From Chitinophaga pinensis (GTDB lineage Bacteria; Bacteroidota; Bacteroidia; Palsa-965), in the NCBI GenBank assembly GCA_943372645.1, contig CALRZN010000007.1, positions 8,687-72,686 of the forward strand: a stretch of DNA of 64,000 nucleotides, read 5' to 3'. Shown one piece after another: positions 8,599 through 17,715 of the stretch. The stretch's first letter is position 1. Each line of letters starts with the position of its first letter. Made by a program: the position numbers and the translations under genes. Below the pieces are notes generated by a model. It saw only the letters and a program-made list of their open reading frames with translations. It was not told the DNA's origin and did not search any database.

Positions 8599-11581
8599 AA
8601 AACAGCGTATCAAAATTAAATGTTATCTGCACCCGTGTACCGCACACATTACCCGCATCATCGAGCAGATCGGTAATCAGGATTTCCGCATGATCGGCAT
8701 CTGGAATCAGGTTCAGAATCTGCAGGCGTTCTTTATTCAGGCTCATGGCTACAGGCTGGTGGCGTACACCTTCTATACGTATTGCAGCCGAACGGGTTCG
8801 CCCGATACCGTTATCTTCAATTACGGCAATGATGTTATCGGCGGAACGTTTCACCTCAATTTTCAGTTTCCCGCTGCGTTCATTTTTCAGCGGCAGCAGG
8901 CCATGCCATATTGCATTTTCAACATACGGCTGAAACAGCATGGGCAATACACGCACCTCGTTCATTTTCAGACCGGGATCAATATTGATTTCATACGTAA
9001 ACCGTTTGTCAAACCGCAGCTGCTCCAGGTCGAGGTACATGCGCAGCATTTCGAGTTCACTTTCCAGCGTGTGTGTTTTTTCCCGGGCGTGATTGAGTAC
9101 AAGACGCATCAGCTTCGAAAACTTGGCGAGGTAATCATACGCAATCTGCGTTTCCTGTTCGAGAATGTAGGTCTGTATGGAGTTGATCACATTAAAAATA
9201 AAATGCGGGTTCATCTGCGCCTGCAGGGCCGAAAGGCGGTATTCGGCAATCATGGCATTGATGCGGGTCTGTTCTTTTTCTTTCCGCCGCACCCTGCGCA
9301 GTACGATGCGGAAACCGAAGAAAATCAGAAGCGTTACGGCCACAGAAAGCAACACAAGAAACCACTCCCGTTTCCAGAATGGCTTGTGAATGGTAAACGA
9401 AAACACAAGCGGCACACCTTTGCTCATGCGGTCACCGTGCTGCACAGTAACTTCCAGTTCGTAATTACCGGGAGCCAGGTTGTTCAGTTCAATCACATCC
9501 GAAAGCTGCCTGCGCACTAAGCTGTCTTCACCAATCAGTTTGTATTTCAGCCACACATTTTTCCGGTCTTTGAATGTGAGCAGGTCAAACTGCAGGCTGA
9601 GGTGGTTATCGGAATAATCCAGCTCAATCGGGCTTCCGGCACGGAGCGGTAAAATTTTATCACCGCTGTTGGCCTGGCGCAGGTAAAATCGCACCGGTGT
9701 TTCATTGCGCAGTTCATAACCCACCGGGAAACGGAAAAGTCCTTCCGTGGAGTTGCCGTAAATAAACTCCCCGTCGCTTTGCAGTTGAGTTATTTTATTA
9801 GCCGGCAGCCCGTTACTTGTAGTGTAAGTTGCAAACGGTGTACGCCCGTCGGGTTCGGTAATGCGGATCAGCCCGTTTTGTGTGCTGAGCCAGATGTTGT
9901 GCATGTTATCTTCGAGTATATCCAGCACTTCATCGGTACCGAGTGCAGACGGATCGTACAGGTGCTCCACACTGTCGCCTTTCAGTTCGAGCAGGCCTTC
10001 CAGTTTGGATGCGATAAGTATGCGGCCCGAAGATGTACGTACAATTTTACCGGTTCCACTGCGGATTCCGGGCATCCACGACCAGGCCCCGGTACCGGTA
10101 TTAATTTTCAGTAATCCTTTGCGGCCACTATAAAGCAACATATCCGGCGAAAACGGGTAAATAAAACTGCCTGTATTCGGCAGGTTCTCCGCAAAACCGG
10201 AAACCGTGTTGCCGTCAATTTTATTTACCGCTCCAAATTGCGCAGCCCAGGTGGTGCCGTCAGCTGCAGGAGCAAAACATGAAGCGCCGGGCAGATCGCG
10301 CTGCTTGTCGGCATACTCCAGGAAATGTATTTCTGAAAATGTGGAATCGGTACGGAGCACTGCATCGCGGCCGCCGATATACCAGTTACTTCCGCTCACC
10401 AGGAGGTCGCTGAACACATACGGACGTTTCAGTGCAAATGTTTTGCGGGTTATCCCGTTGCGCCCGATGCGGCAGATTTCGTTCGGGTGCGATGAAACAT
10501 ACAGTTTCCCGTTTACCACTTTTACAAGGTCAGCCACTTTGCCAAGCCCGGGCTGGTTTGCATACCCAACAATGTATTTTGACTGGGAATAAAAAACACC
10601 GTTTTCGAGCGTGGTGCACCACAGCCCGCCTTCGTGGTCTTCACAAATGCCGGCAACGGAATATCCGGCAAGAGAATGAATACAATAGGATGTATCTGCC
10701 GGATCGGGATAATAATACAAACCGCTTTTATAACTGCCCACCCACAGGCTGTTTGCAGCATCTACGCGCAGTGCAAGTGTTACCTGCGGCATTTTCATGA
10801 TGGTGTATTGCATATCTGCTTTTAAACAGATGATGTAATTGTGTACACTCAGGTACGTGGTGCCGTTTGCATCGGAAGCCGAAAGCACGCGCCAGTCGGG
10901 TGTTGCATTTTCCATGTACGGCAGGCTGATCTGCAGGTCTTTTTTGCCGTTGCGTATGCGCACACCGATATGGCCGGTGCTTTGGATAAGTGCTTTGCCC
11001 GGAGCCGAATTGTAAAGCACGGTTTTCAGGTGCCGGTATTCACTGCCGGTGCGTTCAAAATAATACATCGTTTGCCCGTCGGAAGGCCCCGTGAGTGTAT
11101 CGCAGGTGCCATTGCTCTGCACACGCGTGATGCGTTTATTGCCGTGCAGCAGCAAGGCGGAATCACCAAGAAATTCAAGTCCGTAAGTCAGGTCAATTTT
11201 TGCACGTTGCATTTCCACAAACGGTTTGCTGAATACCGTTTCAACAAGTGAGTCACCTTTAATGGTCAGGATGCGGTTATCCGTAGTAACAAGCCAGATG
11301 CGGTTTTTATTGTCCCTCGTAATTACATAACATCCTTTTTCCGGAAGTCCGTTCTGCCTGCTGTATACTTTCAGCGAAGCACCGTTGTAGCGGCAGAGTC
11401 CGCTTTCGGTACTGATCCACATGTACCCCTGCTGATCCTGGATAGCGTTATAACACTCCATCGAGGGAAACGGAATACTGTTACCGATATTTTCAAAAAA
11501 GAGTTGCTGCGCTGTTAACCGGTTTACCGTAACCAGTAAAAACAAAAACAGGAAAATCGGGTTACGGTTAATTTTCAGCAT
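8585..11581 (-). CDS. LytS/YehU-type sensor histidine kinase with periplasmic beta-propeller and Y_Y_Y domains (copy 1)
   Basis: Signal peptide, repeated D-x-x-G-x-x-W propeller blades, LNNLAPGNYEL (Y_Y_Y), TM helix, ALQAQMNPHFIFN, LFQPYVENAIWHG and EDNGIG. TATTTTTG box (minus strand) at 11594-11601 supports the ATG at 11581. Confidence 0.93.
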   Translation of the reverse strand: MLKINRNPIFLFLFLLVTVNRLTAQQLFFENIGNSIPFPSMECYNAIQDQQGYMWISTESGLCRYNGASLKVYSRQNGLPEKGCYVITRDNKNRIWLVTTDNRILTIKGDSLVETVFSKPFVEMQRAKIDLTYGLEFLGDSALLLHGNKRITRVQSNGTCDTLTGPSDGQTMYYFERTGSEYRHLKTVLYNSAPGKALIQSTGHIGVRIRNGKKDLQISLPYMENATPDWRVLSASDANGTTYLSVHNYIICLKADMQYTIMKMPQVTLALRVDAANSLWVGSYKSGLYYYPDPADTSYCIHSLAGYSVAGICEDHEGGLWCTTLENGVFYSQSKYIVGYANQPGLGKVADLVKVVNGKLYVSSHPNEICRIGRNGITRKTFALKRPYVFSDLLVSGSNWYIGGRDAVLRTDSTFSEIHFLEYADKQRDLPGASCFAPAADGTTWAAQFGAVNKIDGNTVSGFAENLPNTGSFIYPFSPDMLLYSGRKGLLKINTGTGAWSWMPGIRSGTGKIVRTSSGRILIASKLEGLLELKGDSVEHLYDPSALGTDEVLDILEDNMHNIWLSTQNGLIRITEPDGRTPFATYTTSNGLPANKITQLQSDGEFIYGNSTEGLFRFPVGYELRNETPVRFYLRQANSGDKILPLRAGSPIELDYSDNHLSLQFDLLTFKDRKNVWLKYKLIGEDSLVRRQLSDVIELNNLAPGNYELEVTVQHGDRMSKGVPLVFSFTIHKPFWKREWFLVLLSVAVTLLIFFGFRIVLRRVRRKEKEQTRINAMIAEYRLSALQAQMNPHFIFNVINSIQTYILEQETQIAYDYLAKFSKLMRLVLNHAREKTHTLESELEMLRMYLDLEQLRFDKRFTYEINIDPGLKMNEVRVLPMLFQPYVENAIWHGLLPLKNERSGKLKIEVKRSADNIIAVIEDNGIGRTRSAAIRIEGVRHQPVAMSLNKERLQILNLIPDADHAEILITDLLDDAGNVCGTRVQITFNFDTLFYDEH

Positions 11582-11831
11582 AAGCAGATGAAACAAAAAT
11601 AAGGGGATTTTTCAATTCGCACCGGAAACATTTTATTTTAAGTATTTCATCCGTTACACGATTATCAAAAATAAAATCGAAGCAATAAACGAAGCAAAAT
11701 GAATACAGCACCGGGCATGTTGATTAAAAATGATACTGTGCGAACGGTTTAACGTTACACACCTTATAAATAGTTACGTGAACGGCCTGCATTTCCATTT
11801 ACCCCGAAAATATGCAGCACTATAAACGCAA

Positions 11832-11887
11832 TGTGCAAAAAATGTAACCAGTGGTAATAATGAATCCTGCAATTCAAAATAGCTTTG
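11832..11887 (+). promoter_or_regulatory. 26-bp conserved operator plus -7 promoter box (copy A)
   Basis: TGTGCAAAAAATGTAACCAGTGGTAA at 11832-11857, 22-nt gap, TAGCTTTG at 11880-11887. Confidence 0.7.
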
Positions 11888-11947
11888 TTAAAGCGATTAT
11901 ACCTTTATCGCAAACCGAACTGGAACATTTAAATACTGCCTGGAACT

Positions 11948-12082
11948 ATGAACTGTGCTACACCGGTTTTCATAGCATCGCCGAATAATCTTCTCCCCGG
12001 ATTTATTTCGTGTTGCAGCAAATGTACATGCAAAATGCGTGTAGCAGGCATTCCCGGACCCGTTAAAAACATTACCCCATGA
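11948..12082 (+). CDS. Possible 44-aa Cys-rich small ORF
   Basis: MNCATPVFIASPNNLLPGFISCCSKCTCKMRVAGIPGPVKNITP. First ATG after promoter A; its stop overlaps the next ATG (ATGA). No homology evidence. Confidence 0.25.
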   Translation: MNCATPVFIASPNNLLPGFISCCSKCTCKMRVAGIPGPVKNITP

Positions 12083-13032
12083 ATATTCATCTGAAGGTTA
12101 AACAAATGTACCTGGACTGGAACTATACCAGTACAGTTACGCATCCGCCGGGAGATGCGATGACCTGGCACGGCAACTGGAAAAGCCCGGCCGGCAAAGC
12201 GGAAACAACAACTGTACGCGCAAAAAACAAAACATCGCGTGCTGCCCGCAAAGCGCGCTACAAAAACTGGATCAATACCATTTTCTTTCTCACACCGGAA
12301 CAAACAGACCATACGATTACTTTGTTCAGCGATGCGGACAACGCAACAACAACTGTTTATCCGCCGGCTTCAGCAAAACAATCCAAAACGATACGTTCTT
12401 TTTTCAAAGGGCTTCTCCTCAACCGGATGTTTATTTACTGTGTGGCAGCAGGCCTGCTTGGTATGGTGATCAGTTCATTCGGCTGTAACCCGCAGCAGCT
12501 CGCCCCGGATGCTTACACCCGCTGGGTTGAATCGGAAAGTAACGGGCTGCACCTGAAGCATACGGTTAACGGCATCACGTTCCGGCTGCAGTATAAACCG
12601 CACTTGTATATTTTGCTGAAACAACACCAGGGCCACATTCCCGATGTGCAGAACGAACTTCAGCAACTTGCGGGTCTGCAGTATTATGATTTTTCGGTGA
12701 GCAGTACCACCGGTGAAACGTTGCTTGAAGGTGGTGATCCCGATGATCAGAAATCGAATTCACAGGTAGAATATTTCACATCAAATATCAAAAAGAATAT
12801 CTGCCTGGTAGAAAACGGCGACACACTGCCCTGCGAACTCAGTTATTTCGAACGCAATTACGGTGCCTCCGAAGGCAACCTGCTGGTGCTCGGTTTCCGC
12901 GAAAATTCACCGGCATCTGAACCAGCCGACCGCACATTTATTTACCAGGACGATGTTTTTAATTCGGGACAGATTAAACTCATGATAAAAGGCAATTCCA
13001 TCGCTTCCGTTCCACAGCCCCGCCTGAATTAA
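12079..13032 (+). CDS. Hypothetical lipoprotein-like protein; true start may be 12427
   Basis: Hydrophobic stretch and lipobox-like SFGC follow Met117. The C-terminal region (LQYKP, GDTLPCELSYFERNYG) resembles conserved Bacteroidota hypothetical lipoproteins. Confidence 0.7.
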   Translation: MNIHLKVKQMYLDWNYTSTVTHPPGDAMTWHGNWKSPAGKAETTTVRAKNKTSRAARKARYKNWINTIFFLTPEQTDHTITLFSDADNATTTVYPPASAKQSKTIRSFFKGLLLNRMFIYCVAAGLLGMVISSFGCNPQQLAPDAYTRWVESESNGLHLKHTVNGITFRLQYKPHLYILLKQHQGHIPDVQNELQQLAGLQYYDFSVSSTTGETLLEGGDPDDQKSNSQVEYFTSNIKKNICLVENGDTLPCELSYFERNYGASEGNLLVLGFRENSPASEPADRTFIYQDDVFNSGQIKLMIKGNSIASVPQPRLN

Positions 13033-13109
13033 GCTGCGGAACTGCCTCTGAAAACAAAAAAAGCCCATTTAACACAATTAAAATATTGAATATCAATAAA
13101 TTACAATAA

Positions 13110-13165
13110 TGTGCTTTTTTTGTAGCCTGTGGTAAGCCGGGATATTCCAAAAGCATCTAATTTTA
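13110..13165 (+). promoter_or_regulatory. 26-bp conserved operator plus -7 promoter box (copy B)
   Basis: TGTGCTTTTTTTGTAGCCTGTGGTAA at 13110-13135, 22-nt gap, TAATTTTA (one mismatch to TAnnTTTG) at 13158-13165. Confidence 0.7.
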
Positions 13166-13233
13166 GGTAATCGGAAAAAAGTACAATTCCGATTCAACAA
13201 TCGAAGAAGCTGAAACGTGAAAAACGAAATACA

Positions 13234-13521
13234 ATGAAAACGAAACTCCTTAGTACCCTCTTGTTACTTGTTTTCGGAGCGGTGCTTATGACAAGCAGTT
13301 GCCGTAAGTTCGAAACAGACGATATTATTGATCCGATAGTTGCCGACACACCAACTGACGGCGGTAACCGCAGCGCTGTTCCGATGACTGATCAGATTGA
13401 ACAGCCGGTACTGCGTGGTTCCGAAAATGGTGCAGAAGAAAAACCGATTATTGCCGATACGCCTGCAGAAGGTAATCGCACCGTAGTTATTCCGGAAGTA
13501 ATACGGAATAACCAGAAATAA
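13234..13521 (+). CDS. Small lipoprotein (95 aa) with a duplicated ADTP-x-x-G-NR motif
   Basis: MKTK, hydrophobic core, TSSC lipobox; PIVADTPTDGGNR and PIIADTPAEGNR; A-rich leader with its own promoter and a downstream terminator. Confidence 0.8.
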   Translation: MKTKLLSTLLLLVFGAVLMTSSCRKFETDDIIDPIVADTPTDGGNRSAVPMTDQIEQPVLRGSENGAEEKPIIADTPAEGNRTVVIPEVIRNNQK

Positions 13522-13656
13522 AATTATCAGCCGGCTAAAGGCAGCCCCGTAAGCTGCCCGGTTTCTTACCTGCCCCCAAAACTGCAGGTAAAAACACCAC
13601 CGGTTTTACTTTACAGTGCCGCACGAACACTGCTGCTGTAAATTTTTAACCACCGA

Positions 13657-13687
13657 TAAAAAAGGCAGCCCATGGCTGCTTTTTTTA
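13657..13687. terminator. Bidirectional intrinsic terminator
   Basis: A-run, GGCAGCC-cat-GGCTGCT hairpin, T-run, between convergent genes. Confidence 0.8.
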
Positions 13688-13691
13688 TGTT

Positions 13692-14456
13692 TCAGAATTT
13701 CATTTTCAGGCGGTTCAGTATTTCCTGCTTTTTGCGGCGGGCTATTTCGTAAGATTGCCCTGTTTTGAGTGTTACAATGGACGGATCGCCTTTGGAATAT
13801 TCTTTAATGTGATTGATGTTGAGTATGGTGTTTTTGCTGATCCGCATAAACAGTTCAATATCCTGCAGGAACAGTTCAAACTCTTTCAGCGTGCGCGATA
13901 CCATGTATTTTGCATTGTCAACTGTATGCACATACGAATACCGGTCGAACGCTTCAATGCAGGTAATCTGCGCCAGGCTGATGAACACCACGGTTTCGTT
14001 ATGGTGTACTGAAATTTTCTGTTCCACGGCATCTGAATCCAGGTTATGCAGCAGGTTTACGATATGTTTATCGTTGCTTACCCGGTCGCGCGCTTTCTGC
14101 AGTGCGCGGCTGACGGCGTTCCGCAGTTCATTCAGATCAACCGGTTTCAGCAGGTAATCAACTGCACTGAAACGGATGGCATTAATGGCATAATGATCGT
14201 AGCTGGTAACAAAAATAATATCAAACGGAATGTTTTCAAACCGCCGCAGCAGGTCAAACGCATTGCCGTCGGGCATCTGGATATCCAGGAATACGAGATC
14301 CGGATGATGGGTATTAATCAGTGTAAATGCATTGTTAATATCTTCCGCTGTAGCAACAATTTTCAGCTGCGGGCAGATTTTTTCAACCAGGTTCTGCAAC
14401 ACCCGGATACTTTTTTCTTCATCATCAACAATAATGGCGTTCAATGTTTCAATCAT
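13692..14456 (-). CDS. LytTR-family response regulator (copy 2)
   Basis: DDEE, FLDIQMP, VTSY, YLLKP and FMRISKNTILN; clear paralog of 7828-8598. Confidence 0.93.
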   Translation of the reverse strand: MIETLNAIIVDDEEKSIRVLQNLVEKICPQLKIVATAEDINNAFTLINTHHPDLVFLDIQMPDGNAFDLLRRFENIPFDIIFVTSYDHYAINAIRFSAVDYLLKPVDLNELRNAVSRALQKARDRVSNDKHIVNLLHNLDSDAVEQKISVHHNETVVFISLAQITCIEAFDRYSYVHTVDNAKYMVSRTLKEFELFLQDIELFMRISKNTILNINHIKEYSKGDPSIVTLKTGQSYEIARRKKQEILNRLKMKF

Positions 14457-17439
14457 ACGAATCGGTTAAAGCAGTTAATGTAATTTCAACACGAGTGCCG
14501 CAGGCGTTTCCTGCAGCATCTTTTAGGTCAATAATATGGATGCCGGATGAATCGAAACCGGGAACCTGCGAAAGAATCTGCAGGCGTTCCTGGTTGAGGC
14601 TTACGGCAACGGAGTGGTGTGACTTGTGACGTGAAATCCGTCCTGCCGCTTCGCGCCCGATGCCGTTATCTTCAATGATTACGAAAACCGAATCAGTACC
14701 GTTTTTCCGGAACGCGATTTTCAGTTTACCCGGACGGATGTTTTTGAGCGGCAACAGTCCATGCCAGATGGCATTTTCCACGAACGGCTGAAACAGCATG
14801 GGCAGCACGCGGAAATCATGCGTATTCAATTCGGGATCAACATCTATTTCACATATAAACCGTTTTTCAAAACGAAGTTGTTCCAGGTCAATGTACATGG
14901 TAAGCAGTTCCAGTTCGCTTTCGAGTGTATGTGTTTTCTGCCGCGCCATGTTCAGCACAATGCGCATCAGTTTGGAAAAACGGGCCAGGTAATCATACGC
15001 CACCAGGGTATCGTTTTCAAGAATATACACCTGTATGGAGTTGATGACATTAAAAATAAAATGCGGGTTGATCTGCGTTTGCAGAGCCGAAAGCCGGTAT
15101 TCTGCAATCATGGTATTGATGCGTGCTTTTTCTGTTTCTTTCCGGCGGATGCGAATTAAAAAATAACGAAACAGCAGGTAGATAATGCAGGCAAGTAAAA
15201 ACCCGGAAAGAAAATAGAACCACGATGACTGCCAGAAAGCCGGCCTGATTTCAAAAACAAACCGTATGGAACGCTCCCTGAATGAACGGCCACCTGCCTG
15301 GGGCCATACAAGCAGTTCGTAACTCCCCGGGGGCAAATTGTAAAACATTAATTTTCCATCCGGGCTTTTGCCGGAAAGCTGGTCTTCACCCATAAGCTGG
15401 TATTCCAGCTGCGCCGGATTTTTTCCCCGGTAACTCAGGACATCGCAATCGAAACTGATCGTTCGCGTACCTGATTCAAAAACATAGGATGATTTCGTTT
15501 GCGAAACGCTCAGGCCATTTCCTGAAACCTGAACAACTTTCAGCAGCGGGTTGGTGTTTGATGTAAAATCAATATTCCGGTTGAACCGGTAAAGTCCACC
15601 TGATGAATTACAATACAGGTAATTTTCATCACAAACGAGATCGGTCATATCTCCGCGCGGAAAACCATCTTCGATATGAAATACTTTATACGAGTAGCCT
15701 TTTGCAGACCGGGTTATTTTAAAGATCGTATTATAATTGCATACCCAGATATTGGAATTTTTATCTTCAGTAATATCTACGGCCGATCCGCCAAAATCAA
15801 AATCGGAAAAAGGTTCGAGGTGCATTCCATCGGCTGCAATCCGGTACAATCCCAGTTCAGAACACGCAATAAGTACCTGCCCGTTTTTTAATCTGCAGAT
15901 ATCTGAAATAGCAGGATTTTCAGGACAGGTAATGGCCCGATGCACTCCAGTCAAAACGTTGTACCGGGCAAGTCCTTTTCTGCCCCCGTAAATCAGCCAG
16001 TTCCCGGTATCTGCAATAATTGCCAAAGCGCGGTTTGATTTAGGTTCCAGTTTTTCTTCGACATTGTTCGTATTGAAACGCATGAGTAGGTCATACTGTA
16101 TTGCCCATAACGAACCGTTACCTGCAGTTGCAGTTGCAATTAGTGTTGCAGGGATATTACTGTTTTTCTCATCGTAAATGGTATTCTGAAGTTTAAACGC
16201 CGAATCAGTAAATACACTGCCTCCCACACCACCCAGTATCCATCCATTATCATATTTCATGATAGTTTTAAAATCAAATACGGGCGGTGCCGCTATTGTG
16301 ACCTCACGAGGTTTCCCGTTTTTTATTACAAACAATTGATTTTTTTGATTTCCAGCAAAAACAGTACTCCCTTCATTGGTAAGCATAGCTGCGCCCTTTT
16401 CCAGGTCGTGAATATCTGCATACGATACGATGTATTTGCTTTTCGAATAAGCCACCGAATTATTAAGTGTAAAACACCATATCCCGTTTTCATGATCCTC
16501 CAGTACACCTCCGACAGCCTGGTCGCGTAACGACCAGACGACTTCATCCGGTTTATCCGGGCTGGGATAGTAATAAAGTCCGCTCTTGTATGTGCTTACC
16601 CATAAGCCATTGTCTTTATCGCAAAACAGCGACAACACCCTGTTCCCGATCGGGTATAAACGATAGGAAAGATCAGATGCTACCTGGACAACATAATTAT
16701 TGGCGGCAAAATAGGTGTTTCCGATATTATCGTTTGCAGTAACAAAACGCCAGTCGGCTGCAAACTTATCTGTAAAAGGAATGCGTATGGTTATCTTCCT
16801 GTTTCCTTTCATGACATTTACCAGAAAATAACCCTTCTGAGAAGGGAACTTTCGGGAAACCGAAGCCCTGTTTTCTGACGACTTATAATGAATAAACCGG
16901 TCGTTTTCCCATTGCAGGTAGTAATATACCGAATCCGACTCGGCAGCGCCATAACGTTTATGTGAACCGGTTTTTAAGTTAATCACCTTTGTATTGATAT
17001 TACCGGTAAGTAACAGCGCTGTGTCACCTAAAAAATCAAGTGCATAGTAAATTTCATAGACATTTTTTTTCGCATCAGTAAATGCTTTGCTGCAGGGTAA
17101 CTGAATAAAACTGTCATTCTGAAGCTGCATAATACGGGAAGCCGATGTGAGTGCCAGTAATTTCCCGTCACGGGTTTCTGCCAGGTCATAAACTGAAATA
17201 TCATTAAGCCCGTTATGCTTACCGTAGGAAACGGTCTCCCTGCCATTGTAACGGCTGATTCCACGTTCTGTCGCGATCCAGATATATCCGTTTTTGTCCT
17301 GAAGCATGTGATAACATTCGTCTGTAGGCAACTCCAGGCGCGATTCCATACTTTCAAAAAGGAGATGCTGTCCGGTGAGTTTTACCGGTAACAAAATCAG
17401 TAAACAAATAATTGCCTGGAGGCTGGAAAAAAGTCGCAT
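14449..17439 (-). CDS. LytS/YehU-type sensor histidine kinase with beta-propeller and Y_Y_Y domains (copy 2)
   Basis: ALQTQINPHFIFN, LFQPFVENAIWHG, EDNGIG and FYNLPPGSYEL. Start placed at MRLFSS (17439), with a minus-strand TATATTTG box at 17453-17460. Confidence 0.93.
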   Translation of the reverse strand: MRLFSSLQAIICLLILLPVKLTGQHLLFESMESRLELPTDECYHMLQDKNGYIWIATERGISRYNGRETVSYGKHNGLNDISVYDLAETRDGKLLALTSASRIMQLQNDSFIQLPCSKAFTDAKKNVYEIYYALDFLGDTALLLTGNINTKVINLKTGSHKRYGAAESDSVYYYLQWENDRFIHYKSSENRASVSRKFPSQKGYFLVNVMKGNRKITIRIPFTDKFAADWRFVTANDNIGNTYFAANNYVVQVASDLSYRLYPIGNRVLSLFCDKDNGLWVSTYKSGLYYYPSPDKPDEVVWSLRDQAVGGVLEDHENGIWCFTLNNSVAYSKSKYIVSYADIHDLEKGAAMLTNEGSTVFAGNQKNQLFVIKNGKPREVTIAAPPVFDFKTIMKYDNGWILGGVGGSVFTDSAFKLQNTIYDEKNSNIPATLIATATAGNGSLWAIQYDLLMRFNTNNVEEKLEPKSNRALAIIADTGNWLIYGGRKGLARYNVLTGVHRAITCPENPAISDICRLKNGQVLIACSELGLYRIAADGMHLEPFSDFDFGGSAVDITEDKNSNIWVCNYNTIFKITRSAKGYSYKVFHIEDGFPRGDMTDLVCDENYLYCNSSGGLYRFNRNIDFTSNTNPLLKVVQVSGNGLSVSQTKSSYVFESGTRTISFDCDVLSYRGKNPAQLEYQLMGEDQLSGKSPDGKLMFYNLPPGSYELLVWPQAGGRSFRERSIRFVFEIRPAFWQSSWFYFLSGFLLACIIYLLFRYFLIRIRRKETEKARINTMIAEYRLSALQTQINPHFIFNVINSIQVYILENDTLVAYDYLARFSKLMRIVLNMARQKTHTLESELELLTMYIDLEQLRFEKRFICEIDVDPELNTHDFRVLPMLFQPFVENAIWHGLLPLKNIRPGKLKIAFRKNGTDSVFVIIEDNGIGREAAGRISRHKSHHSVAVSLNQERLQILSQVPGFDSSGIHIIDLKDAAGNACGTRVEITLTALTDSYD

Positions 17440-17488
17440 AGGATCACCAAACCAAATATAAGGACATTTTCGGGCGGCAAAAGCAGCA

Positions 17489-17544
17489 TGTACATTTTTC
17501 GTAGTGAACGGTAAGTATATCCGGTTAATGTGCACGTAGATTTG
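17489..17544 (+). promoter_or_regulatory. 26-bp conserved operator plus -7 promoter box (copy C)
   Basis: TGTACATTTTTCGTAGTGAACGGTAA at 17489-17514, 22-nt gap, TAGATTTG at 17537-17544. Confidence 0.72.
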
Positions 17545-17550
17545 CTGTAC

Positions 17551-17625
17551 AGATTGCAACAACTATCAAGCAGGTATGAATCCCGTCATGCTGCTCTCCT
17601 AGATACTGATTAATGTCAGTTTTTT
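17551..17625 (+). ncRNA. Candidate small RNA or mini-ORF transcript
   Basis: Lies downstream of promoter C; hairpin at 17569-17595; weak terminator ACTGA-ttaatg-TCAGT-TTTTT at 17605-17625. Confidence 0.3.
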
Positions 17626-17715
17626 ATTATTAACCTGGCCGTTAATGAACACATCGTTGTCTGTGTGGTCAATAACAGAAGGTGAAATGAATTTGAAAAA
17701 TGGATCCAATGAGTG

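Noticed and set aside
8456-9520. 354-aa + strand ORF, and similar ones at 30721-31860, 24253-24987 and 7214-7918
   Set aside because: They lie antisense to well-supported genes and show no protein motifs.
11948-12082. RiPP (thiazole/oxazole-type) precursor
   Set aside because: Cys/Ser/Thr-rich, but no YcaO, radical SAM, lanthipeptide synthetase or transporter nearby; kept only as a possible uORF.
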